Shown: in pieces, positions 44,429 to 54,346 of the stretch | How the letters are laid out: every line of letters begins with the position of its first letter | Numbering within the stretch: the stretch's first letter is position 1 | Origin: Smithella sp. SCADC | GTDB lineage: Bacteria; Desulfobacterota; Syntrophia; Syntrophales; Smithellaceae | NCBI GenBank assembly: GCA_000747625.2 | Contig: JQDQ01000013.1 | Coordinates: 1 to 56,382, forward strand | Reading direction: 5' to 3' | Length of the DNA stretch: 56,382 bases | Program-made: the position numbers and the translations under genes | The notes under the pieces: generated by a model | The model's database searches: none | What the model was told of the DNA's origin: nothing | What the model saw: only the letters and a program-made list of their open reading frames with translations

Positions 44429-45586
44429 ATGCGCAAAATTATTAACAGGTATATATTCAAAGAAATTGCCTTCCCCTTTATAATTATTTTATTAGTTCTT
44501 ACTTTCGTCCTGTTGATGGGGAAAATCATGCAAATTATGGATCTGGTCATCAATAAAGGCGTCAATGTTTTTTCCATAGCCCAGATCATCGTTTTTCTAT
44601 TACCCTCCTTCATGCTGTTCACTATTCCGATCGCCCTTTTGATTGCCATCCTGATTGCCATGGGCAGACTCTCCGCTGACAATGAAATAACGGCCATTAA
44701 AACTTCGGGTATCAGCCTGATGCAAATATTCTATCCGGTAGCCATTGCGTCCCTGATCACTTTTATATTGGCCGTCTTTATAAGTTACTTTCTCGTACCG
44801 CAAAGCAATTTCGCCACGAAGCGCCTGCTTTTCAATATTGCGCAACAAAATGCCAGTATCGGAATAAAAGAAAAAGTGTTTAACTCTGACTTTAAGGATT
44901 TTCTCATTTATGCAGAAAAAATTCCTGTAAACCGGAATTATATGGAGGGCGTTATTATATCCGATAACCGTATGATCGGCGAACAAAATACAATTCTGGC
45001 TAAAAAAGCTATCCTCGTTTCCGACGCTGAATCAATGACTGTTAAGCTTAAACTGGAAGACGGTTCCATTCATACCGTGAGCTCCGATTTAAAGCATTAC
45101 CGTAAGATAGATTTTACAAGCTACGAAATTAATCTTGATTTATCCACCGCATTGGCTAATCTTAACGAATCTTCCAAAACCAGCACGGAAATGACTGTGA
45201 GTGAGCTTTTGGAAAGAATGAAAAAACCGGGTTTGGATAAGGCTGCCGTGCGTGAACTGGCCATTGAAGTGCACAAGAAATTTTCCATACCTCTTTCCTG
45301 CCTCTTTTTCGGGCTGCTGGCTCTTCCTCTGGGCATAAGAAGTCACCGCTCCGTAAAATCAAGGGGATTTGCCGTAGGTCTTATTGTTGTCGCTTCCTAT
45401 TATTTACTGCGTATCGGCGGCGAAGCGCTGGTGGAAACCGGCTATCTTTCGCCTGAAGTTGGTGTTTGGACACCAACTTTGGTCTTTGCTTTAGTTGGAA
45501 CTTATCTTCTTTATATGGCCAATAGAGAAATTTCTTTTTGGCAAACTGTAAATGTTTTTTTGATGCGTAAAGGCTGGAAAAATTGA
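44429..45586 (+). CDS. lptF: LPS export ABC transporter permease LptF (YjgP/YjgQ family)
   Basis: The start was moved to ATG 44429 (MRKIINRYIFKEI...). It has 6 TM segments with a large periplasmic loop and is paired with lptG. Confidence 0.85.
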   Translation: MRKIINRYIFKEIAFPFIIILLVLTFVLLMGKIMQIMDLVINKGVNVFSIAQIIVFLLPSFMLFTIPIALLIAILIAMGRLSADNEITAIKTSGISLMQIFYPVAIASLITFILAVFISYFLVPQSNFATKRLLFNIAQQNASIGIKEKVFNSDFKDFLIYAEKIPVNRNYMEGVIISDNRMIGEQNTILAKKAILVSDAESMTVKLKLEDGSIHTVSSDLKHYRKIDFTSYEINLDLSTALANLNESSKTSTEMTVSELLERMKKPGLDKAAVRELAIEVHKKFSIPLSCLFFGLLALPLGIRSHRSVKSRGFAVGLIVVASYYLLRIGGEALVETGYLSPEVGVWTPTLVFALVGTYLLYMANREISFWQTVNVFLMRKGWKN

Positions 45587-45596
45587 GGTTTACAAA

Positions 45597-46676
45597 TTGA
45601 GAATTTTAGATAAATACATATTAAAAGAATTTTCAAGATTTTTCATCATCACGTTCCTGTCTTTTATCGCACTTTTTTTAATTGTCGATTTTTTTGAAAA
45701 AATAAGAATGTTTCTCAGCAACAGTGCTTCCGTCTATCAGATTATATCGTATTTTATTTTTTCGATTCCGATGATCATATCCTATGTTCTGCCGCCGGCA
45801 ATACTTCTGACAACATTAATGACCTTCGGCTCACTTTCAAAATTCCACGAAATTACGGCAATGAAAGCCAACGGAATAAATATTTACCGGATTTCTCTTC
45901 CCGTTATAATTTTCGCGGCTATTGCTGCTGTATTTTTGTTCTATTTCAGCGAAATGATAACTCCGGCATCAATTCAAAAAACCGAGCATGTAATCAAAGT
46001 TGATGTGCAAAAACAAAAAACACCGGGATTTTTCAAACAAAACGAAATCTGGTATCACGGTGAAAACGCGATTTATAATTTTAAAATGTTCGACGTAGAC
46101 AAAAATATTCTACGGGGTGTAACCATCAATTATTTAAATCCCGATTTCACTTTGATGAGTCGCATTGATGCCCAAAGAGCTGAATGGAAAAATGATAAAT
46201 GGTTCTTCTATAATATACTTATTACACGTTTTGATGCTGCGAATAATCCTATTCTGGAACGGTCTAAAGAAAAAGTAATTGCTATCCCCGAACAACCAAA
46301 CGATTTTAAAGTAATGCAAAAAGACGCGGAAAAAATGGGCTACTTTGAATTAAGAAAATACGTTAAAAAGATACAATCTGAAGGATACGACGTAACTAAA
46401 TATCTTGTTGAACTGCAGGGAAAGATTGCTTTTCCTCTGGTGACATTGATTATGATTTTTATCGCTGTTCCTTTTTCCGTGCGCCCGGAACGAAGCGGTG
46501 GAGTAATGCAAAGCGCCGGGATAGGCATTTTTATAGGATTTTCCTATTGGATAGTCCATGCGTTCAGCATGTCTTTAGGGCGTTCGGAAGTACTACCGGT
46601 ATTGCTTGCCGCCTGGGGAGCAAATATATTATTTGGCGCCGCGGCTGCCGTTCTTTTTTACAAAGTCCACACTTAA
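45597..46676 (+). CDS. lptG: LPS export ABC transporter permease LptG
   Basis: 359 aa; (M)RILDKYILKEF... has the YjgP/YjgQ topology. It uses a TTG start with a GAGG 9 nt upstream. Confidence 0.85.
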   Translation: MRILDKYILKEFSRFFIITFLSFIALFLIVDFFEKIRMFLSNSASVYQIISYFIFSIPMIISYVLPPAILLTTLMTFGSLSKFHEITAMKANGINIYRISLPVIIFAAIAAVFLFYFSEMITPASIQKTEHVIKVDVQKQKTPGFFKQNEIWYHGENAIYNFKMFDVDKNILRGVTINYLNPDFTLMSRIDAQRAEWKNDKWFFYNILITRFDAANNPILERSKEKVIAIPEQPNDFKVMQKDAEKMGYFELRKYVKKIQSEGYDVTKYLVELQGKIAFPLVTLIMIFIAVPFSVRPERSGGVMQSAGIGIFIGFSYWIVHAFSMSLGRSEVLPVLLAAWGANILFGAAAAVLFYKVHT

Positions 46677-46722
46677 AACTTTAGAACCAGCACTAGTGCA
46701 TACTTGCAAAAGTTACCGATAT

Positions 46723-46798
46723 GTCATTTCGACCGAAGGGAGAAATCTTATTCAATGATTATAAAGATTTCTCAGTCACTTCGTTCCTTCGAAATGAC
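46723..46798. repeat. Hairpin-forming intergenic repeat, family A, copy d (between the convergent genes lptG and ahcY)
   Basis: gtcatttcgaccgaagggagaaatct - loop - agatttctcagtcacttcgttccttcgaaatgac. Confidence 0.7.
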
Positions 46799-46821
46799 AC
46801 GGTTAATATTGAAATCAAGCA

Positions 46822-48246
46822 CTAGTATCTGTAGTGGTTCTGCTTAAAAGGCCCTTCCTCTGATATACCCAGATAACCGGCCTGTTTTTTTGTCAGTCTG
46901 GTTAATTGAGCATCGAGTCTTTCCAAATGCAGGCGCGCGACCTCTTCATCAAGTATTTTGGGAAGCGTGAAAACGCCTATCTTATGTTTTTTAGTGGCCA
47001 ATTCTATTTGAGCCAGACATTGATTGGTAAAGCTATTACTCATTACAAAGCTGGGATGGCCGGTGGCGCAACCCAGATTAACCAGACGGCCTTCGGCCAA
47101 CACTATTATGGAGCGTCCTGATTTGAGTTTCCATTTATCAACCTGCGGCTTGATGTTTTCTTTTTTGCAGAATTTACTTGTCTCCAGATAGTGCATATCT
47201 ATTTCACTGTCAAAATGACCGATATTGCAAACGATGGCTTCATTTTTCATTTTCTCCATATGCCGGCCTGTAATTACATCACAGCAACCGGTGGCCGTAA
47301 CAAATATATCGCCCGTGTGAACCACTTCTTCCATCGTTCTTACTTCATAACCTTCCATCGCGGCCTGCAGAGCACAGATGGGATCAATTTCAGTAATAAT
47401 CACGCGCGCCCCGAAACCTCTCATGGATTGGGCGCAACCTTTACCCACATCTCCATAGCCGCACAGAACGACTATTTTCCCGGACATCATGATATCGGTC
47501 GCTCTCTTGATTCCATCGGCCAGCGACTCGCGGCATCCGTAAAGGTTATCAAATTTTGATTTGGTGACCGAATCGTTGACGTTAATTGCCGGAAATAAAA
47601 GCTCTCCCTCCGCCTGCATCTGGTATAAACGATGCACGCCTGTGGTTGTTTCTTCGGAAACACCTTTAATTTTCGATGCTATCTTCTGCCATCTGCCGGA
47701 ATCACGTTTAACCGATCTTGCCAGACGGTCAATTATTATTTTGAATTCTTTATTGTCTATTTTTTTCTTCAGCAGTTGCGGATTCTTTTCTATCTTGACT
47801 CCCTGATGAATAAAGAGCGTCGCGTCGCCGCCATCATCAACAATTAAATCGGGACCGGAACCATCCGGCCAGATCAGAGCCTGTTCCGTGCACCACCAGT
47901 ACTCTTCCAGTGATTCGCCCTTCCACGCGAAAACCGCCGCCGAACCATTCCGGGCGATTGCCGCCGCCGCATGGTCCTGAGTGGAAAATATATTGCAGGA
48001 CGCCCAGCGAATATCAGCCCCTAATACCTTGAGTGTTTCAATAAGCATTGCCGTCTGGATAGTCATATGCAGACTGCCCATAATCTTCAGTCCTTTTAAC
48101 GGCTTCTTTTGTCCGTATTTTTTGCGAACAGCCATCAGACCGGGCATTTCGTTTTCCGCCAACTGTATTTCCTTGCGTCCCCACGAAGCCAGCGAAATAT
48201 CCGCTACTTTATATTTTAAAGCCGGATTAATTTCCAGAAAAGCCAT
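46822..48246 (-). CDS. ahcY: Adenosylhomocysteinase
   Basis: The start was trimmed to ATG 48244-48246 ([27 protein letters not shown]...), which has a GGAGGA Shine-Dalgarno. The track extension would overlap panD. NAD block: [10 protein letters not shown]. Confidence 0.93.
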   Translation of the reverse strand: MAFLEINPALKYKVADISLASWGRKEIQLAENEMPGLMAVRKKYGQKKPLKGLKIMGSLHMTIQTAMLIETLKVLGADIRWASCNIFSTQDHAAAAIARNGSAAVFAWKGESLEEYWWCTEQALIWPDGSGPDLIVDDGGDATLFIHQGVKIEKNPQLLKKKIDNKEFKIIIDRLARSVKRDSGRWQKIASKIKGVSEETTTGVHRLYQMQAEGELLFPAINVNDSVTKSKFDNLYGCRESLADGIKRATDIMMSGKIVVLCGYGDVGKGCAQSMRGFGARVIITEIDPICALQAAMEGYEVRTMEEVVHTGDIFVTATGCCDVITGRHMEKMKNEAIVCNIGHFDSEIDMHYLETSKFCKKENIKPQVDKWKLKSGRSIIVLAEGRLVNLGCATGHPSFVMSNSFTNQCLAQIELATKKHKIGVFTLPKILDEEVARLHLERLDAQLTRLTKKQAGYLGISEEGPFKQNHYRY

Positions 48247-48298
48247 TTCTCCTCCAGGATTAACAACATTTTGTCTGTATGAATCACATTTCAGTTTC

Positions 48299-48664
48299 TT
48301 AATGTTTCTTTTTAATTTTATTTTTCCCGTCGACGAATACGCATTTGGGCTCCCACTTTTGCGCTTCTTTATCGTCGGCAATCACATAACAGGCAATGAT
48401 AATCAAATCCCCTTTGGCCACTTTGCGGGCGGCGGCGCCATTGAGGCAAATAGTTCCGGAATTAGGCTTACCTTTAATGGCATAAGTCGAAAATCTCTCG
48501 CCGTTGTCCACATCGTATATCTCAACTTTTTCATAAGGTAATATTGATGCTTCTTCCATGAGCTTTTCATCAATGGAAATACTGCCTTCATAATGCAAAT
48601 CGGCGTCTGTTACCGTTGCGCGATGGATTTTCGATTTCAACATGAATCTTTGCATAGTATTCAT
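48299..48664 (-). CDS. panD: Aspartate 1-decarboxylase (pyruvoyl-dependent)
   Basis: 121 aa; [25 protein letters not shown]. The self-cleavage G-S site is present. Confidence 0.93.
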   Translation of the reverse strand: MNTMQRFMLKSKIHRATVTDADLHYEGSISIDEKLMEEASILPYEKVEIYDVDNGERFSTYAIKGKPNSGTICLNGAAARKVAKGDLIIIACYVIADDKEAQKWEPKCVFVDGKNKIKKKH

Positions 48665-48683
48665 TTCTCCTTAGGGGTAAAGA

Positions 48684-49541
48684 TTATACATTGAGCTTAT
48701 CGCCAAAGACATGATTATCAATAAGTCTGGTCGTGCCTACCTTTACAGCCATCGCTATAACCGACTGGCCATTAACTTCATTGACATCTTTTAGCGTTTT
48801 TGTACTGCATATCTTAATATAATCAATTTTTGTATATGGCGCCCTTTTAATCAATTTTTCTACTTTGCTTATAATTACTGCTGATTTTTTTTCTCCACCG
48901 GAATAAAGTTTCTGAGCTAATTTCAGAGATTTGGATAAAGTTAGAGCTGACGGTCTTTCGTTTTTCTGGAGGTATTTATTACGGGAACTCATCGCCAGCC
49001 CATCTGTCTCACGTACTGTAGGCAATCCTATAATTTGAAGATCCATGTTGAGATCATCAACCATTCTTTTGATGGATATAAATTGTTGAAAGTCTTTTTT
49101 ACCGAAAACTGCAATATGTGGTTTGACAATATTGAACAACTTATTGCAAACCGTGGTTACTCCGCGAAAATGACCGGGACGCGATATTCCGCATAAATTT
49201 TGAGTTACCTTTTCCACATCAACATAAGTCTGGTAACCGGCAGGATACATTTCTTTATTGGAAGGATAAAAAATGACATCGGCATTCACACTTTCAGCCA
49301 TTCTTAAATCACGATCAAAATCACGGGGATATTGGGATAAATCTTCTTGGGGACCGAATTGTGTGGGATTTACATAAATGCTCACAACTACACAATCGGC
49401 CATCTTTTTTGCTTCTTTCATAAGACAGAGATGGCCATCGTGAAAATATCCCATGGTTGGAACAAACGCAATCTTCTTCCCCTGCCTTCTGAGACTTTCG
49501 GAATAAGACTGCATTTTCTTCGCCGATTCAATAACTTTCAT
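48684..49541 (-). CDS. panC: Pantoate--beta-alanine ligase
   Basis: The start was trimmed to ATG 49539-49541 (MKVIESAKKM...IAFVPTMGYFHDGHL). The track N-terminal extension runs through the leader hairpins. Confidence 0.92.
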   Translation of the reverse strand: MKVIESAKKMQSYSESLRRQGKKIAFVPTMGYFHDGHLCLMKEAKKMADCVVVSIYVNPTQFGPQEDLSQYPRDFDRDLRMAESVNADVIFYPSNKEMYPAGYQTYVDVEKVTQNLCGISRPGHFRGVTTVCNKLFNIVKPHIAVFGKKDFQQFISIKRMVDDLNMDLQIIGLPTVRETDGLAMSSRNKYLQKNERPSALTLSKSLKLAQKLYSGGEKKSAVIISKVEKLIKRAPYTKIDYIKICSTKTLKDVNEVNGQSVIAMAVKVGTTRLIDNHVFGDKLNV

Positions 49542-49546
49542 TTTGT

Positions 49547-49580
49547 ATAAAAAAGCCTTTCGTCTTGAGACGAAAGGCTT
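49547..49580 (-). terminator. Rho-independent terminator-type hairpin immediately 5' of panC
   Basis: The minus-strand RNA is AAGCCUUUCGUC-UCAA-GACGAAAGGCUU followed by UUUUAU. It is a perfect 12-bp stem that ends 6 nt before the panC ATG. Confidence 0.7.
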
Positions 49581-49612
49581 GGTAATTTTTTTGAAATTTC
49601 CCTTTCGTCTCA
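49547..49612 (-). promoter_or_regulatory. Putative transcription attenuator (mutually exclusive antiterminator and terminator) in the panC leader
   Basis: Segment 1, UGAGACGAAAGG (49601-49612), is perfectly complementary to CCUUUCGUCUCA. That target is the 5' arm plus part of the loop of the terminator at 49553-49580. Confidence 0.55.
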
Positions 49613-49639
49613 GTCCCTGCGGATCCAAGCGAATGTTTA

Positions 49640-49668
49640 AAACTAACAAACATTTATTTTTTTGTCAA
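49640..49668 (-). promoter_or_regulatory. Candidate sigma70 promoter for the panC-panD-ahcY unit
   Basis: On the minus strand, TTGACA (49668-49663), a 17-nt spacer, then TAGTTT (49645-49640). This would give a leader of about 90 nt containing the attenuator. Confidence 0.4.
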
Positions 49669-49724
49669 GTAAATTAAATTATTGGCCGTATATTATAAGA
49701 CACAAACCATTGTTTTCTTTAACA

Positions 49725-51485
49725 TTATTTAAATATCAATGTTTGTCCCGCGTTTATTTTATCCGTTCCCAGGTTGTTTAATTCTTTTATTTGAGCCGAT
49801 GAAACCGAAAAACGGCGAGCAATCATCGACAGGTTTTCCCCTTTTTTTACCTTATATCGCCCGGAAGAGGCAACTTTTTTCCCTTTATCTTTCTTTTTGG
49901 AATTGAATTGTTCCGCATAGTTGTTCCCTGTTTTCACCGGAATTGTCAGTCTTCTTCCCTGAACCAGCTTCTTCCTGGAACTTAATCTATTCTGTGATCG
50001 AATACTGGAGACGGAAACATGATATTTTTGGGCAATCGAATATACAGTGTCACCTTTTCTCACACGATGTTTTATAAACTCCTTACTACCATGACTGGTC
50101 TGAGTCTCAGCAAAAACAAAACGCGATTTTTCCGCCTGTGGAATATCATTGTAAACTAAATTAAATTTATTTAAAGATTCTTCAGGAAGTCTTAAATTAT
50201 ATTCCCGATCCGGCGTCATCTTATGCCTCAACTCCGGATTAAGCAAATTTAATACTTCCTCCGATACTTCGATTTTTTCTGCAATATCTTTAAAATTCAT
50301 GATTTTGTTTACTTTGCAAGTCTCAAAGGCAATCGGTTTACCCACATCGCGTAAATCGAATCCGTATTTTTGTGGATTTTTTACGATATGAAGCGTCGCG
50401 AGAAATCTCGGAACATAACGAGCCGTTTCATTGGGCAATTGTCTGTACAAATCCCAGAAACTGTCCAGGTAATTTATGTGCTGTCTGGATATAACCCTGA
50501 GAACTCTTCCTTCACCGCAATTATAAGCAGCAAGAGCCGTAAGCCAATCACCAAACATATTATGTAATTCTTTTAAATAAGCGATAGCAGCCCTGGTGGA
50601 TTTTTGCACATCCATGCGTTCGTCAACCCACTCATCGCGGCTGAGGCCGAATTTATAGCCTGTTGAAGGAATAAATTGCCACAAACCAAGCGCGCGCGCA
50701 CTCGAATATGCTTTGATTTTAAACAAACTTTCGACAAGTGGAAGCCATAAAAACTCTTCGGGAATTCCAGCTTTTTTAAGTTCTTTCAATATTGCAGAGC
50801 GATACATACCGGAACGCTGATAAGCGGCAATAAAATTATTGCGTTCTATACCCTGAAAAGAACTGATTTCCTTTTGCACATCAGAATTCATGATTAATGG
50901 TATTTCACTATTCTTACCGTTAAGAACAGTCTTCCTGGAGGAATAAATAGCCAGGATGCGCTGAGAAATTAAAAGACGCAAATCATCTTTTTCCTGAGCA
51001 ATTGACGCATCACCATTGGCATCAAGTATTAAAGAATAAGCTTCATCAAGAGTATCTAATGTTTCTTCTATATCTCCCTTCTCCCATAACTTATCGGCCT
51101 CTTCCAGTAATTCCAGGGCATTTTCCATCATATCCTGCTTATCTTCGTTGCTTGACTTTTGTTTTGTCGAACTACCGTTTGAATTGAAACTCAAAAAATT
51201 ATTATCTTCTTCCTGACCGGCTGATTCAGTTTCTTCTTTTACAGGGGGATCTTCTTTTTTTATTATTTGTTTCGTAATCTCAGAATTGGTAATAAGCAAA
51301 GGTTTTTGGACATTTGCAGTTTGATCTCCGGTAATAGTAACAGGTTTTTGAACAGCTGCATTTTGAGTTTTGGCAACATTAACATGCCTTCGAACAGCTA
51401 CATCTTGAGCACAACCAGACAAAAAAGTAAAAATTAAACTAAACACAATAGTATAAGCAACACATTCGCTTTTAATTTTCGTCAT
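49725..51485 (-). CDS. Membrane-bound lytic murein transglycosylase D-like lipoprotein (SLT domain + 2 LysM)
   Basis: 586 aa with lipobox FLSGC, an SLT block LPLVESLFKIKAYSSARALGLWQFIPSTG and two C-terminal LysM repeats (HRVRKGDTVYSIAQKY..., YKVKKGENLSMIARRF...). Confidence 0.85.
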   Translation of the reverse strand: MTKIKSECVAYTIVFSLIFTFLSGCAQDVAVRRHVNVAKTQNAAVQKPVTITGDQTANVQKPLLITNSEITKQIIKKEDPPVKEETESAGQEEDNNFLSFNSNGSSTKQKSSNEDKQDMMENALELLEEADKLWEKGDIEETLDTLDEAYSLILDANGDASIAQEKDDLRLLISQRILAIYSSRKTVLNGKNSEIPLIMNSDVQKEISSFQGIERNNFIAAYQRSGMYRSAILKELKKAGIPEEFLWLPLVESLFKIKAYSSARALGLWQFIPSTGYKFGLSRDEWVDERMDVQKSTRAAIAYLKELHNMFGDWLTALAAYNCGEGRVLRVISRQHINYLDSFWDLYRQLPNETARYVPRFLATLHIVKNPQKYGFDLRDVGKPIAFETCKVNKIMNFKDIAEKIEVSEEVLNLLNPELRHKMTPDREYNLRLPEESLNKFNLVYNDIPQAEKSRFVFAETQTSHGSKEFIKHRVRKGDTVYSIAQKYHVSVSSIRSQNRLSSRKKLVQGRRLTIPVKTGNNYAEQFNSKKKDKGKKVASSGRYKVKKGENLSMIARRFSVSSAQIKELNNLGTDKINAGQTLIFK

Positions 51486-51673
51486 TTAAACAACTCCTTC
51501 GTTTTGTCAAAACATGCGGCAGAAAAATTTTTCCCACGATCGCATAAATGTCTATAGTTTTTTTTGTATAGCATAGTTTTTATTTTTTCCCAAAATTAAT
51601 TGCTGATCACCGGTCATTTAAGACCATCATGTTATAATTCATTTATCCATTAACTGCCCGTGAAAATCGTAAG

Positions 51674-52787
51674 TTAAGAGCCATTTGTCACATTCATGAG
51701 GTACGCCTGAATAAATTCATCAATATCACCGTCCAGGACTTTATTGGCATTGTTATTTTCCAGGTTTGTCCGGTGGTCTTTAACCATTTTATACGGGTGT
51801 AAGATGTAGGATCTTATCTGGCTTCCCCAGGCGATATCTTTTTTTAATTTATTTTCTTCATCAATTTTTTCATTCTTTAACTGCAATTCCTTCTCATAAA
51901 GCCTTGACTTCAAAAACTTCATGGCCATAGCTTTATTTTGATGCTGGGAACGCTCGTTCTGACATTGAACGACAATACCCGTCGGCAAGTGAGTAATTCT
52001 AACAGCCGAATCAGTTTTATTTACATGCTGGCCACCCTTGCCGCCGGCACGAAAAGTATCAATGCGCAAATCGTCTTCGTTAATTTCGATTTTTATTTCA
52101 TCATCCACTTCCGGATAAACGAAAACTGATGCAAACGATGTATGACGGCGCGCGCCGGCGTCAAATGGAGAAATGCGAACCAGTCTGTGGATACCGTTTT
52201 CCGCTTTGGCATATCCATAAGCATATTCTCCCTCTAAAGTAAACGACACGCTTTTAACGCCGGCTTCATCTCCGGGAAGATAATCTATTACTTTTGTAAC
52301 AAATTTCCTTTTTTCCGCCCAGCGTAAATACATTCGCAATAACATTTCCGACCAGTCCTGAGCTTCTGTTCCACCGGCCCCGGCATGTATGGAAACAATG
52401 GCGTTCATGGAATCCTGTTCACTATTCAGCATCATTTTAAGTTCTTCCTGAGAAACGGCAGAACTTAATTTTTCCAACTCGCCAGCCAGGTCTTGAAGTA
52501 CTGGCTCATCTTTTTCCTGCAAAGCAATACTTCCCAGATTTTCGATATCATTTATTTCGTTATTGAACTTTTCCCATTTCTCTACTTTTTCCGTCAGCTT
52601 TGTTTTTTTCTGCAGAACTTCACGGGCATTATCCTGATCATTCCAAAAGTCTTTTTTTAAAGATACCTCTTCCAAATCTTTTATTTTTAATTTCAATTCA
52701 GGAACGTCAAAGACATTCCCCTATATATTTGATTCTTTTTTTCAAATCCATTACTGTATCCTGTATATTTATACTTTCTACCGGCAT
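51674..52787 (-). CDS. prfB: Peptide chain release factor 2, expressed through a programmed +1 frameshift
   Basis: Frame 0 is ATG 52787 ... MPVESINIQDTVMDLKKRIKYIGECL, ending at CTT TGA C (CTT 52712-52710, TGA 52709-52707). A +1 shift continues DVPELKLKIKDLEE..., which is the 340-aa track ORF. An SD-like AGGGG lies 5 nt upstream of CTT. The SPF and GGQ motifs (GGKGGQHVNK) are present. Confidence 0.92.
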
Positions 52788-54346
52788 TTCTTACCCTCCC
52801 TCTTAAGACTAATCAGAAAATAAAAAATCATTAACAAAAAACAAGCTGCCGCAACAAGATCGCCATATCGAGCGTAAAAAGCCGGCATACTGACAAATTT
52901 TATATAACCTTTCAACGCGTCTTCCCGGAAAATATCTGTTTTCGCGATGATCCTGCCGCCGGGATCGATAATACCGGAAATCCCCGTATTGGCCGCCCTC
53001 ACCAGATAGAGCCTTGTTTCCACCGCTCTGAAAACCGCCATGGAAAAGTGCTGAAAAGGCGCCGAGGTCGCTCCGAACCAGGCATCATTGGTAATATTCA
53101 CCAGTAAATCGGCCGATTCTTTTTTATACATTCTCGCGGCAAACGGCAATATCCCTTCGTAACAGATTAAGACTCCGATTTTCTTATCACCCATGGACAA
53201 AGGATAATATCCGACTCCCGTGCCGAAATCACCCATACCGGCGGTAAGCTTCTTAATAAATGGGAATACATCCCTCAACGGCACATATTCTCCATAAGGG
53301 ACAAGATGTACTTTATCATATTTACCTGCAATTTCACCGGCAGGCGATAATAAATATGCGCTGTTGAAAAAATTATCATCCTGAGCTGAATAACTTACGG
53401 AGCCGAACAATAACCAGCTTTTCGATTTAAGAGATAAATTTATAATCTGGTCGTGCAAACTGTTTATATCCTGAAACTTAAACGGAACAGCTGTTTCCGG
53501 CCAGACAATCAAACTCTCCTTTCCCGGTGAATTTTTTAAAGAAAGTTGCTCATAAATGTTTAAAGTTTCTCTCTGGTAATTTTCATTCCATTTTATGGAT
53601 TGATCGATATTCCCCTGTATCAATGATACTTCCATTCCCTGAGATTGGCGCACCGTTTTGTTAACTTGATCTAAACGATAAATACCGTATCCATAAACTC
53701 CGGCTAAGACAAGACTAACTATGCCGGCTAAAACATATTCCTTAGCAGATCTTTTACTGATAACTTCAAATATTGTTGCATTAGTTAAAACTATCAAAAA
53801 AGACAAACCCAAAACACCCGTCACATCGGCAATCTGAATAAAATAAGTGTTCAGATACTGCGAATAACCAAGATTTTCCCATGGAAAGCCGGTTAGGATA
53901 AATGATTTACCGTATTCCAAACAGACCCACAAAACCGGCGCAGTCCAATAAAGAGGAATTTTCTCTCTGAAATATATAATGCATCCGGCAAACAAAGATA
54001 TATAAGCGCTTAAATAACAAGCCAGAAGAAGCATCAAAATAATGCCGACATATAAAGGCAGATAACCGTAATTGACAATTACAAACGCAATCCAATAAAT
54101 TATTCCGATATAGCCGGTTACTCCGGTGATAAAACCCAGAAGCAAACCCTGGGCAACAGTATTGGCTTTCCTGAGAGCAAAAAACAGAGGAAGGAGAGCT
54201 ATCCAGGCAACAAAGCCGAATCCATACTTGGGAAAAGATAAAAATATTAACAAGCCGCTTAACGCGGCTAAAAAAACAGCATCTCCTGTTAATCCCGTTC
54301 CGGCTTTTGATTGAAAATCATTTTTTGTTCTGGATTTATTTTTCAT
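52778..54346 (-). CDS. lnt: Apolipoprotein N-acyltransferase
   Basis: 522 aa with an N-terminal multi-TM region and a C-terminal CN-hydrolase domain (WPE...ICYE...NDAWFG). Confidence 0.9.
   Translation of the reverse strand: MKNKSRTKNDFQSKAGTGLTGDAVFLAALSGLLIFLSFPKYGFGFVAWIALLPLFFALRKANTVAQGLLLGFITGVTGYIGIIYWIAFVIVNYGYLPLYVGIILMLLLACYLSAYISLFAGCIIYFREKIPLYWTAPVLWVCLEYGKSFILTGFPWENLGYSQYLNTYFIQIADVTGVLGLSFLIVLTNATIFEVISKRSAKEYVLAGIVSLVLAGVYGYGIYRLDQVNKTVRQSQGMEVSLIQGNIDQSIKWNENYQRETLNIYEQLSLKNSPGKESLIVWPETAVPFKFQDINSLHDQIINLSLKSKSWLLFGSVSYSAQDDNFFNSAYLLSPAGEIAGKYDKVHLVPYGEYVPLRDVFPFIKKLTAGMGDFGTGVGYYPLSMGDKKIGVLICYEGILPFAARMYKKESADLLVNITNDAWFGATSAPFQHFSMAVFRAVETRLYLVRAANTGISGIIDPGGRIIAKTDIFREDALKGYIKFVSMPAFYARYGDLVAAACFLLMIFYFLISLKREGKKCR

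Noticed and set aside
48247-48381. 45-codon N-terminal extension of ahcY in the track ([10 protein letters not shown]...), overlapping panD.
   Set aside because: The conserved AhcY N-terminus begins at [17 protein letters not shown], whose ATG at 48246 has a GGAGGA Shine-Dalgarno. The extension overlaps the panD coding sequence and has no homology.
49542-49649. 36-codon in-frame extension of panC from a TTG (MLVLNIRLDPQGLRRKGNFKK...), which could be read as a leader peptide or a longer PanC.
   Set aside because: The TTG sits inside the putative promoter, and the frame merely stays open through the hairpin segments. The PanC homology starts at MKVIES...PTMGYFHDGH. It is more parsimonious to treat this as a non-coding leader.
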